A stretch of 61,878 nt of DNA, counting the filler, from Sanchytrium tribonematis (lineage: Eukaryota), in the NCBI GenBank assembly GCA_018985235.1. It is 6 parts of 6 records of this genome, joined end to end, with 100 filler letters (N's around TTAATTAATTAA, not from the genome) between each part and the next. Parts side by side here need not be neighbours in the genome. Positions count along the whole stretch, not along the records: positions 6,314 to 12,498 come from JADGIG010000545.1; positions 12,599 to 18,780 come from JADGIG010000546.1; positions 18,881 to 25,060 come from JADGIG010000547.1; 3 more parts are not named here. One strand, given 5' to 3'. The notes below the pieces were generated by a model. The model saw only the letters and a program-made list of their open reading frames with translations. It did no database searches and was not told the origin of the DNA. Of the stretch, positions 12,283 through 22,056 are shown piece after piece. The translations under genes were made by a program, and so were the position numbers. Numbering within the stretch: the stretch's first letter is position 1; each line of letters begins with the position of its first letter.

Positions 12283-12498
12283 TTATTTACTTCTTCTCTT
12301 ATATTTAGATCCAGTGGGTTTCTCATGTTGCAATTTAAGTTTCTTCTGTTCCTTCACGCCATCTTCATCAATAAATGGCAATCCTAATCCACTCAGAACA
12401 GTTCTCATTTGCCAATCTGTGAATGCACTGGTTTTGAATAAAACTGTAAATGGATAGAATTTTTGAGATTCAATAGCAGGAATTGCATCATAAGCATA
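12283..12498 (-). CDS. C-terminal fragment of probable mitochondrial ribosomal protein uL5m (truncated by the contig end; not in the ORF track)
   Basis: Open frame YAYDAIPAIESQKFYPFTVLFKTSAFTDWQMRTVLSGLGLPFIDED...KRRSK* resembles the uL5 C-terminus (TSA.TD...R.LLSG.G.PF). Confidence 0.65.
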   Translation of the reverse strand, partial: YAYDAIPAIESQKFYPFTVLFKTSAFTDWQMRTVLSGLGLPFIDEDGVKEQKKLKLQHEKPTGSKYKRRSK

Positions 12499-12598
12499 NN
12501 NNNNNNNNNNNNNNNNNNNNNNNNNNNNNNNNNNNNNNNNNNTTAATTAATTAANNNNNNNNNNNNNNNNNNNNNNNNNNNNNNNNNNNNNNNNNNNN
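12499..12598. other. Artificial contig linker
   Basis: N run with a central TTAATTAATTAA. Confidence 0.97.
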
Positions 12599-12759
12599 AT
12601 AACCAGAAACTTTTAATAACGGACGAGTAAAAAGCATCTCCCTTGTTTGAAATATTACCTAGGTTTATAACAATTGCTTGCCTTACAATTACATTTAAAC
12701 TAATATGTTTCAAACCGATCCATTCTTAATAGGTTCTCTTCAAATTTGCAACCGAATAC

Positions 12760-13359
12760 ATGAAATTAAAATCAAGTTTCGTCACAAACAATTCGATTCA
12801 GAAATCTCATTTTTATGATAAGGCTAAATTGAAATCAAAATCAATTATAGAGTTATTCAAATCAAAATTAAGTTTAAGCCAGAAAAGAAAGCAAGTCAGA
12901 TTTGAGAAGGAAATATCTTCAAATTTATTTGATACTTCACTTGAACTTACAATATATCTACTTGGGAAAAAATTAAATTATAAGAGAAAGAAGCAATTTA
13001 AAAGCCCAGTCAAGAGAATCGTTCATGAAGATTTTGAAATTTCTGAGAGTTTGCTTGTATCGGTTTTAAGGAAGCAATTTTTCGAGAGTGTGATGAATCA
13101 AAGGGAAGAATCCTGGGACATCCCTGATGACCAATGCCTGGCCTTTTACAGGATCATTTATGAAATTAATTCTGATTACTTAGAAAGAACAAATCAGACC
13201 AGCAGTGAATTTTTAATTGATCCAAGGATTTCCATAAATAATGGATCTACAGGTAGTTTTACAAATGAAAGCAGGAAATACACCAGTCCCGTGCACAGAA
13301 TTTGTCTCATCACTTTTGCCTTTTCTCTATTGATTGTATTATTTTTTGCTAGCCTGTAG
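12760..13359 (+). CDS. Hypothetical basic protein with a C-terminal TM anchor
   Basis: 199-aa ORF, hydrophobic C-terminus, AATAAA just after the stop. Confidence 0.55.
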   Translation: MKLKSSFVTNNSIQKSHFYDKAKLKSKSIIELFKSKLSLSQKRKQVRFEKEISSNLFDTSLELTIYLLGKKLNYKRKKQFKSPVKRIVHEDFEISESLLVSVLRKQFFESVMNQREESWDIPDDQCLAFYRIIYEINSDYLERTNQTSSEFLIDPRISINNGSTGSFTNESRKYTSPVHRICLITFAFSLLIVLFFASL

Positions 13360-13379
13360 ATTAAATAAATTTCAACAAT

Positions 13380-14808
13380 TTATTTACAATAGACTTCCGA
13401 TTTTTCTGGCTCCTCTTCCGGCTTGAAGTTTTTAGGAGCCACATTTTTCTTCTTTTTATTATCAACCACTCGGTAAATAGTTCCTGGAGGGTCATACTAT
13501 GTGAAAATAAATTACGACTTCAGGCTTCAAATTTTTGACCCAAGTTTTTTGATGACACCATGAAATTTCTAGACCAAGTACAGCAAAATTGGCTAGCAAT
13601 GCAAATATTGGAATCAAATAACTATAGCTTTTATCTAGAGTAAAACACCAAATCATTCCAAATATCAAAACAATCAATTCCCCATACCAAGTCACAGGCC
13701 TTTTGAATACATTGTAATAATGCATTATAGATCTACTTAATAAAGCTATTACAATGACTATTCTTTGCATATAAGGATGTAATAAAAATGTATTTATAGC
13801 CAAAAGTCCCCACCAAAAATGTGTTAATAAATAAAAGTAAAAGAAATCGGGCTTGAGCTTGTAAAATGCAGGCCCAAATCTGACAAATGGGATTGTTCCA
13901 GGAAATACGATAGATTTCAACCAATTAGCTCCTACAAAATTCATAGTAATCAAAGTGATCATTACTATAAGACCAATTAGATTTGGGATCCATTCATATT
14001 GTAATCCTTGTACAAATCTATAAACTAAAATAGGGGATTGCCATTCCAAATAGAAAGTCCAAGCACCCATACTCGAGTCTATCACTCTTTTCATATCTGG
14101 TAAAACTGAGTCAGAAAATGTCTTTTTCAAAATCGCAGTATAAACTTTAACAAAACCCCAAAACATAACGTGTAATGCCCAGAATCCGAATACCATAACC
14201 AATCCCAATAATGGCGCATACCCTGTTGGAATTTTAAAACATTCCCATTGGACTGCCAGTGGATCTAAAATAAAGGTTTGGAGACCAACCATCCAGGTAA
14301 GATTATTTGTCGAATTAAGTGTTGACAGTGCAACGAATAATTGAGCAGTTTTAACAATATAGGGTAGTAGTGAATAATGGGCAGCGTATGAACTGCCGAC
14401 AAACATTAAATAAATCAACACCATATAAGTCAAATAAGTATATAACGGTCCCAAAGACAGAATACATTGACTACATCCTGCATAATCCTGATAAAAACCA
14501 CTCGCACATTGCTGACAATTGTTGCCCTTATAACCTTGCAAGCAACCTGTTTCCGTACACCGCAAACATAAAGGGCTGAACTCAACAAATTTACATGGTT
14601 GCTGTGCATTCGTGGTGTCACACCGCACACATTCTCCATTGATTTTTCTAGACCATATATCACAGATCTCAAAAGTAGTTATGTTTTTAGCATCAGTGGG
14701 CAATTCCTTATTATAGATTAAAAAATGATTATTGTAGTGAGGAGCATCTATATTTTGATTAGAAATAACATGGCTTATTTGTATTGAATATATTATTGAA
14801 AATATCAT
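13380..14808 (-). CDS. Multi-pass membrane protein with an N-terminal Cys-rich (laminin-EGF-like) ectodomain, 2 exons
   Basis: C..GYKGNNCQQCASGFY..CSQC followed by many hydrophobic helices; intron 13497-13515 adds a 38-aa hydrophilic tail ending in TAA at 13380. Confidence 0.7.
13497..13515 (-). other. 19-nt spliceosomal intron
   Basis: GTAATTTATTTTCACATAG; matches the consensus of the other introns and opens a 39-codon last exon. Confidence 0.8.
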
Positions 14809-14954
14809 AAAAGTAATAGATTGTGTTTCAGGTTTATATAGAAAGGGAAGGTAATAAACTTCATGTCCACTCCGAAAACTTATGAAGATGGAAAAGAATT
14901 GAGACATTGATATAGAACTCAACAATTTTCATAAACTAAAATTTTGCCTCACAG

Positions 14955-14986
14955 CCGAGATCAATTTAACCGAGATCAATTTAACC
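14955..14986. repeat. 15-bp perfect tandem duplication
   Basis: ccgagatcaatttaa x2 (+cc) in the intergenic region. Confidence 0.85.
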
Positions 14987-15290
14987 ATCCAAATAAAGTC
15001 ATGCTGTTAATAAATTGCGTCATTTGTACCTTATTAATTGGTATTTAAAGCGGCACTATAGAGCCCCTAATAGAACACGTGGGTCTAACACCATCTATAC
15101 CTGGCAAAGAAATCGTTTTATATCAGAAACACAACCCATCTCTAAATGTTAAAAAACAGTTTGAATTTTGAAAAAAAAATTGGCTTGAGCTGGAAGGAGG
15201 CAGAACTTTTCAACATGACGGACCTATGGACTAATGACAACTAATTTATGTCTAATAAAATATTTTATTTACTGCATGATAACCAGAACC

Positions 15291-15811
15291 TCAAATATTA
15301 AAAACAAATAACATAATTGTTACTATCACCACATCATAAACTGGTGTGGATGACCCACTCGAAGAATACTTGCTAGGGTCCCAGTCCCAACTAGAGTTGG
15401 TTTTTGAGGACGAGCTTGACATCGGCTTAGAAGTTTGAGGTGTAACACCATTGATTGTAAAAGTGGAGCCCAAAATACAATCTGACGGAACTTGGCTATT
15501 ACATAACTGAATAATGTATGACCCAGAAGCCCAGTCAGATGGCAGAACATAAATCCAGCGCGCCCATTTTGATGGATCGTACATTGTAATTTGGCGATAT
15601 ATTTTCTTGTCATTCGCATTCAAGCAATAAATGTTCAAACTCTCTGGATATCCTTGAGGTAATGTGACTGGTGTATTTCCACTTAACCACTCAATTGTGA
15701 TTTCAGTACCTGCTTTCCACTACATAAATTAAAAAATACTATTTCTCCTTGAACAGGCTTATTGACTTTCCCATTAAAACATAGAATCGTTGATATAAAT
15801 ATATGAAACAT
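15291..15811 (-). CDS. Secreted Ser/Thr-rich GPI-type surface protein (Kre9/Knh1-like Ig fold), 2 exons
   Basis: Spliced product MFHIFISTILCFNGKVNKPVQGEI|WKAGTEITIEWLSGNTPVTLPQGYPESLNIY...SGSYIIQL...FTI, then an S/T tail and hydrophobic end. Confidence 0.78.
15720..15739 (-). other. 20-nt spliceosomal intron
   Basis: GTATTTTTTAATTTATGTAG; links the signal-peptide exon in frame to the mature domain. Confidence 0.82.
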
Positions 15812-16138
15812 GTTTTGATTCTTTAACAAAATCAATTAGCAAAGAGGCTATTCGCAGTTTGTTTGACTGCGCAAATTGATCGTACTTTCAGACCACAAAC
15901 CGCTAGATTTTAAAGTTAAAATCACTTGAACTAAGTTTGCATTTTAGAAACTTGAAATATTTTCTAATACAATGGTAAATGCAATAGAAGATACTACTGA
16001 GGGTTGCGTCATTAATCACAAATATGGAGACAAATGAGTTTTTCCAGCAAGACTTGTACTCAGGAATCTTCCTTGTTATATCCAATCACAAAGTCATATT
16101 CATTAATTTAATGGAAGTTGATCTCAATTGTACCATCG

Positions 16139-16654
16139 ATGTTCATCTCTTCAGTTTTTGCGTTCCAAGCAACTGTTACAATTAAAGGTAGCCCTTGGAA
16201 ACGTGGTCAAAATGACAGCGCAGCTAGTTTTGAATGGTTGGCAGGAAACACACCTGTCGCATTACCTGCTGGATTCCCTGAATCATTGGATTTGTATTTG
16301 ACAGACGAATCTAAGAAGCAAGTGATGCAAATCACTATTGGAGATCCATCCAAATTTGCTCGATGGATTTTCAGTGGTAACTATACCGTTCCAAATGTGC
16401 CGGATGGAAAATATTACATCGAGCTCGTCAATAGCAAAGACACCACCGATGTAGCATTCAGTTCCTCTATGGTTGAGATCAAAGGCGGGTCACCTCTTGC
16501 AAACACCACCACGACAAACACCACGAATACTACAAATTCATCCAGTAGTGACAATTCTACTCAAACAGGTAACAACTCAAACAAAAAAGCAGTTTCTTCT
16601 TCTAGCGCAATTTCAATTGCGTTGTTATCATTGATGTCATTCGTGTTTGCCTAA
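16139..16654 (+). CDS. Secreted Ser/Thr/Asn-rich GPI-type surface protein, paralog of 15291-15811
   Basis: EWLAGNTPVALPAGFPESLDLY and QITIGDPSKFARWI match the neighbour; hydrophobic C-terminal signal. Confidence 0.8.
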   Translation: MFISSVFAFQATVTIKGSPWKRGQNDSAASFEWLAGNTPVALPAGFPESLDLYLTDESKKQVMQITIGDPSKFARWIFSGNYTVPNVPDGKYYIELVNSKDTTDVAFSSSMVEIKGGSPLANTTTTNTTNTTNSSSSDNSTQTGNNSNKKAVSSSSAISIALLSLMSFVFA

Positions 16655-16698
16655 ATAAATATTTAGCGCACAAAATTGAATTGTTGATTGATTTATTA

Positions 16699-17712
16699 TT
16701 ATTCCACCATCCACCTTTTTTGAGTGATTTTGGCATTCCCATTTAAATGCTGTTTCAAACCATGTCCAAAATTCTTTTTAACAAACCCACCTGCGCCCAT
16801 ACTGGTTAATGCTAGTAAAAGACACATGCAAGTGAAATAAGTCAGTGATTTTTGAACACTTTCAAACCTAGTGCTTTGTTCCGGATCTAAAATTTGAGTT
16901 AGCTTCCATGTAAAATAACCAACGGTGCCAAGAGTGCCTGCAAAAAATAAATTTAAAATCTTTCGATTTTCTTTCTTTGCGCCAACACTTCCAAAAAAGT
17001 ACAAGACAAAAGCTGTTCCAAAACCAACTATTGCATTGAGTATAATTTTTAATCTGCCTTGAGAATTCAAAGTTCCTTGTTCACTTGAATTTTCATCTGC
17101 AAGAACAAGTACGATAAATTGTATAGAAAACCCCAAGTAAAAAAAGATATCAACTTGAAGCAGTAATTTGAATAAATGGTACCACCTGTACATTGTTTTC
17201 AATTGTATATCTGCTCCCAATGCTTTATAAATTTTCCAACCCAATTCCTTGTGCATTTTCCAACAACAAAAAGCAGATGAGAGTGTAAAAATAGCTGCAA
17301 GGACAATGACAGCCTGATATAATGTTTTTTCATTATCAATCCAGTCAATCATAGATGGATCGACTACTTCCAAAGCACTGTATTGGTTTTGTTGAATAAT
17401 GGAATAGACGAATGAGCACATGTTGAAAATAACGACTGCAATCAAAGAAATTGTATTTGTAGATGAAACTGCATCCATCACAAACAACAATTGAAATACT
17501 TGAGCGATGATGAACAAGTAATGGTAAACTTCTAGGGCTTTGATATTTCTTAACTCAATAGGAGTCACATCGAAAGCTTTGGTGTGGTAATAAAATTGTA
17601 TTGCGACGTAACCTTCGGCAATAATCATAACAAAGACTTGTAAAGCAGACACGATAAAAGTCCATTTTGACCATCTTGATTTCAAATTCTTACGGAAGTT
17701 ATCAAGACCCAT
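16699..17712 (-). CDS. UPF0658-like multi-pass (Golgi) membrane protein
   Basis: FQLLFVMDAV..NTISLIAVVIFN, ELGWKIYKALGAD, LLQVDIFFYLGFSIQF. Confidence 0.75.
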   Translation of the reverse strand: MGLDNFRKNLKSRWSKWTFIVSALQVFVMIIAEGYVAIQFYYHTKAFDVTPIELRNIKALEVYHYLFIIAQVFQLLFVMDAVSSTNTISLIAVVIFNMCSFVYSIIQQNQYSALEVVDPSMIDWIDNEKTLYQAVIVLAAIFTLSSAFCCWKMHKELGWKIYKALGADIQLKTMYRWYHLFKLLLQVDIFFYLGFSIQFIVLVLADENSSEQGTLNSQGRLKIILNAIVGFGTAFVLYFFGSVGAKKENRKILNLFFAGTLGTVGYFTWKLTQILDPEQSTRFESVQKSLTYFTCMCLLLALTSMGAGGFVKKNFGHGLKQHLNGNAKITQKRWMVE

Positions 17713-17804
17713 GTCGTATCTTCTGTCACTTCCTTTTCAAATGTAAATGGAAGCGATGATTGGTGTAATTCATTAATTCTTCCTTGCAAAATTCTATTTT
17801 GACG

Positions 17805-18780
17805 ATGTTTGAGGTTTCTCGTGAAAAACTCCTAGCAATCTTTGTTTGCACACTCTTAATCTGGCTGCCATTAGACAGAAATACCATTCACCAGATAAGC
17901 CAGTCAGAAGATGAAAAATATATGATTTATCTGCCACATTCAGGAATGAATAATCAGCGGATCGCAGTTGAAAATGCGTTAACGTTGGCGAAGTTATTGA
18001 ACCGGACTTTAATTCTACCGGGACTATTATTGGGAAAATCCAGGCCATGGCAACCATTTGACTTTTTGAGTGACACGATTCGAAATAAAATTGAGAGTGA
18101 GCCAGAAAATATATTAAAATGGTCAACGCTGTTCAATTTGAATGCAATAGCTAAGAAATTAAATATCAAAATTATTGAATCAGACAATATTTTTACTTAT
18201 ACCAACCAAATGAGCTCATTGCGCATAAAAGATAGCAAAAAGTGTAGATATACAATTGGCGATCAATTTCAAGAATATCATTATAATATTTTAGAAGGGT
18301 CTTGCAACAGTGGCAACATATATTTACAAGACTTAAGACAAATTCGTACAAAATTGTTGTATTTCGGATCTTTATTTGGAACTCAAAAGTTGTTATTGCA
18401 CGAAAATGAAAACTCGGCGATTCATGAATATGTTGTAGACAATTTTCAGTTCAATTTTAATAACTCAATTGTTGAGCAGGCAGATCCAATTAAAATTAAA
18501 CTAGGAGACTATATTGCTGTACATTTTCGAACCGGTGAGAAGCAATTTAGTGGAGGCGCCAAATACTTTATGGACTCAGTCACAAATCAATTAAGACAAT
18601 ATTATTCCAAATTTATATCCAATTTCGATCAAGATTTACAAGGCTTTCCAAATTTTATTAATTCTCCATCGGTCAATGAAATCATTTACAATGTACAAAA
18701 TAACTCATACACGTTTAAAAATGTTTCAACGTTTGATACTACATATTCATTTTCTTTAGCCGAATTACAAAGCCAAGACA
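17805..18780 (+). CDS. GDP-fucose O-fucosyltransferase family type II membrane protein (3' truncated)
   Basis: N-terminal TM; YLPHSGMNNQRIAVENALTLAKLLNRTLILP, FGSLFGT, YIAVHFRTGE. Confidence 0.82.
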
Positions 18781-18880
18781 NNNNNNNNNNNNNNNNNNNN
18801 NNNNNNNNNNNNNNNNNNNNNNNNTTAATTAATTAANNNNNNNNNNNNNNNNNNNNNNNNNNNNNNNNNNNNNNNNNNNN
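18781..18880. other. Artificial contig linker
   Basis: N run with a central TTAATTAATTAA. Confidence 0.97.
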
Positions 18881-19414
18881 AATACATTCGTGACTGACGT
18901 AATTATTAATAGCACATTTCAGTTGGTTTACTGTGAAGCTCCGAACACGCCTACATTGGGATCTCCCAATATTCTTAATATTACTGGTGCATGTAATTTC
19001 GCTGGTAATTATATGGCATCTAATAGTAGTAGCACTATTAATGAGTGTTCTACAACCAGTTTATTTACAGTTAGTTCGTGGATTTCTTCCAGCGCATTTG
19101 TGAGTGAAACCTTTTCTCCTCCAGCTACCATCATCACTCGAGTGTTTAAACAGGCAACTCAGTCAAGTATTAAACATACTACAATGCCATTAAATATGAC
19201 TCATACAACCATTTCTACTAATTTGATGACTACTGCGTCCCATTTGATTAATTTAAGCCCAAATAAGCAAGAAGTCATCAAATTGACCATTCAAATTCTA
19301 ATCCGACTATCCTCATCAATAATTGTATTCATGGTAATCATCAATCAATTATTAAAGAGAGTACAGCCGAAAAAGAAAACTAAACCGAAACAGAGTTTTG
19401 GGTCATTTTATTAA
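18881..19414 (+). CDS. 3' part of a surface protein (Cys cap, S/T stalk, TM, basic tail); probably the same family as the LRR gene at 56021-57840
   Basis: VTDVII...LVYCEAPNTP...CN resembles ITDVSM...LISCDLSNNP...CN of the LRR protein; TM followed by a K-rich tail. Confidence 0.55.
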   Translation, partial: NTFVTDVIINSTFQLVYCEAPNTPTLGSPNILNITGACNFAGNYMASNSSSTINECSTTSLFTVSSWISSSAFVSETFSPPATIITRVFKQATQSSIKHTTMPLNMTHTTISTNLMTTASHLINLSPNKQEVIKLTIQILIRLSSSIIVFMVIINQLLKRVQPKKKTKPKQSFGSFY

Positions 19415-19634
19415 ATAAATTCTTTTAATGCAAAGATCAACGCAGCATACTCATTAATAACAATCCCTCATCTGTATATTTTATTACATTCCAATACCAT
19501 CGATATCTGTCCAATGAATTTAAATATTTTTGATAAAATGACAAATCCATTTTAGAAGATTCCACATATCTCCTAATATATTCATCACAATGCAATGAAA
19601 TAGGTTCATATTCTTCTCTAACTGTGCAAACTTT

Positions 19635-20237
19635 CTAATCATTACAATCATAAACAGTCTTTATGAATTTTGGTGCTTCTTCTTCAATTGGCTTTACGAT
19701 GCAATATTTTGAATTGACATGCTCAGGACACGTTGGTGTATACCCACAAAATTCATTGGCATAATACTGTGCAGTATTAAATGATTTCGCGATTCTATAC
19801 ATGCCAGCATCTACTGCTTTTGATTCGGATGTATATTTATCCAATTGTTTATCAAATTGGACTAATAATCCACTTAATATCAATATATACGACACCAATT
19901 TGAATATCTTGTGTTCATTATGTCGTTTCTTCAAATGCGAATCACTAAAATAAGAAGACATTAAAATATTCAAAATAGTTTGCAATTCATGTGAATGTTG
20001 CTGCATCGTGTTTATAAATGCAACCCATTTCTGTCTTGCACTAATTTGAATCTGAATAGGCACTTGACAATCAATGGAATTCAATACTTTATATCTGCAA
20101 TGCTCTGCTACATTGGCATGCTGTTGTGCAAATGATAAAACAGAATTTGCACAAGTAGATAATTCAATCGGCAGTACTCTAGCAGATAACATTGTCATGA
20201 ACATCAAGGGGAGTATCCATTCATCATATGGCATCAT
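19635..20237 (-). CDS. Hypothetical, probably secreted Cys-containing protein; frame stays open past the TAG to about 19452
   Basis: 200-aa ORF with hydrophobic N-terminus. Confidence 0.5.
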   Translation of the reverse strand: MMPYDEWILPLMFMTMLSARVLPIELSTCANSVLSFAQQHANVAEHCRYKVLNSIDCQVPIQIQISARQKWVAFINTMQQHSHELQTILNILMSSYFSDSHLKKRHNEHKIFKLVSYILILSGLLVQFDKQLDKYTSESKAVDAGMYRIAKSFNTAQYYANEFCGYTPTCPEHVNSKYCIVKPIEEEAPKFIKTVYDCND

Positions 20238-20286
20238 TTATTAATAGTTTTATGGCTATTCATTGGTATCAAAAAATAAATTTTAT

Positions 20287-20826
20287 TTATCCCCAATTCA
20301 CATTCTGTAACACGCCAATATTCGTATCACTTTCCAATGCAGTCCACGCATTCATACTCAAATCTATTAAATCAATTCCACAACTAGCACATTCATCTAT
20401 AATTGGCACTTTAATGGATTTTCCATTATAATTCACAGTGATTTGTTGATTACAAATAGATTGACTAAAACAGTCACTTGAAATGGCTACAAATAAACCA
20501 TCTGATGGAATAGCTGTATTACAAGCTACTTGATTTGCATATCCATCATTCTCTGATGCACTTGTGACATCATAAAATGAAGCAGATCCACTTGAAATGC
20601 CATTACATTTGAAATTACCAGTAGATGGAGAAGAAATAGAAGATGTGTCAGTGGATGTACTGGTAGAACTGGTAGGTGATTTTTTGCTCTTTTTATTACC
20701 CCTCTGTTTCTTTTCAAATCTCAATCTTTTATGTCTATTTCTTCTCTTTTTAAGTGATTTTGAAGAATGTCTCTTTTCTAAATGATCTACAAATATTGCA
20801 GATAATAAATATATGATAAATAACAT
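20287..20826 (-). CDS. Secreted expansin-like / RlpA double-psi beta-barrel protein
   Basis: GSASFYD..VAC, FVAISS, CNQQITVNYNGKSIKVPIIDECASC..IDLSMNAW..L. Confidence 0.85.
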   Translation of the reverse strand: MLFIIYLLSAIFVDHLEKRHSSKSLKKRRNRHKRLRFEKKQRGNKKSKKSPTSSTSTSTDTSSISSPSTGNFKCNGISSGSASFYDVTSASENDGYANQVACNTAIPSDGLFVAISSDCFSQSICNQQITVNYNGKSIKVPIIDECASCGIDLIDLSMNAWTALESDTNIGVLQNVNWG

Positions 20827-21035
20827 GATAAAATGGGATTTATTTGATTTATATCCGAAAAGAGTGAGATCATGATGATGGAATGTGATGTATACGTCAC
20901 TTATACGTCGTGAATGACATGATCATCAAGTATGACATGGAATGGGAGATGGTCTAGCGTATTTCATAGAGGCTATTTAATGATATTTGGATAAAGATGA
21001 AAATTAGAAAATGGAAGAATTTGATTTTATTTGTT

Positions 21036-21572
21036 TCAAACAAGCATCAAGGTAGACAGTGTCAACACTGTAAATGAGGTAGTGGCAGCAGATGAAGTGT
21101 CATTTGAAGATGCGTCTGTTGTTGAATTGGTAGAATTGTTTGATTTGCCTGTAACAGTTGCCAACTTTTCAAATTTTGTGTCATTTGGATATTTCGCAGC
21201 ACAATCTCTCACTTGCTGCAGCTGTCCATGTAAATCTGCATTGCTTTTATCAGTTTCCCACAACGGATACATTTTCGCAAAAAATTGAGAACATTTGTTG
21301 GGGCATCCAATCAGGTCAATCTTTGATTCACTCATTGATTCGCTCCCACAATCCTTACCATCTTCTTGATGACATTGTAAGGCAGCCATTCGAACATTAG
21401 CGTATTTAAAATCCTTAGAATTGCATTTTGTGAATATGGCTTCCGTAGAATTTCTACATTTGTCACATCGATCAGATGGAATTCGTGTTCCAACACTTTG
21501 CATACAATCTGAAATAGTAAAAAGGGCAACTTGACATTTTGATGATAATAATGAAATTGATGATGATGACAT
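21036..21572 (-). CDS. Small Cys-rich protein with S/T tail and probable GPI signal
   Basis: About 10 Cys, S/T/N-rich stalk, hydrophobic C-terminus. Confidence 0.6.
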   Translation of the reverse strand: MSSSSISLLSSKCQVALFTISDCMQSVGTRIPSDRCDKCRNSTEAIFTKCNSKDFKYANVRMAALQCHQEDGKDCGSESMSESKIDLIGCPNKCSQFFAKMYPLWETDKSNADLHGQLQQVRDCAAKYPNDTKFEKLATVTGKSNNSTNSTTDASSNDTSSAATTSFTVLTLSTLMLV

Positions 21573-22056
21573 TTTCACAAAATATGCTTGAATCTATTTG
21601 TAATTAAATTGACCACTCACAGATGCTGGTGAAAAACTGGCAAGGGTTTGCAAATTTAAATTGGCGAATCAACGATTTGGTGGTAAATAGAGTCAATGTA
21701 GGGTTAATTTGCAAATATTTCGCGGTGTGGTATGATTAACGTAATTAAATCCGTAAATAAATCAATTATAAAAATGGAGATACAAGATTGACAAATGAAG
21801 CCAATTCAAGTATTTATGGAAAGATATAGAAAACAAGCAGCCATGGATCGACGTTGCAGATATTATTTGAAATACACGATAATCAAGCATGATACGCCAT
21901 TTCTAAAATGAGATGACGCGCGCTTCTTCTGAATCTAAATTCTATTCCATCAAGTAACTACCCATTTAATTAATAATCAATAAATAAATTATTGAATCGT
22001 AGCAACTTCACGCAGATCCATTTTCTCTAAATTGATTGGAGACCCCTAATTTCAAA

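Noticed and set aside
14955..14986. 15-bp tandem repeat as a CRISPR-like array or target-site duplication
   Set aside because: Only two adjacent copies, with no spacer and no intervening element.
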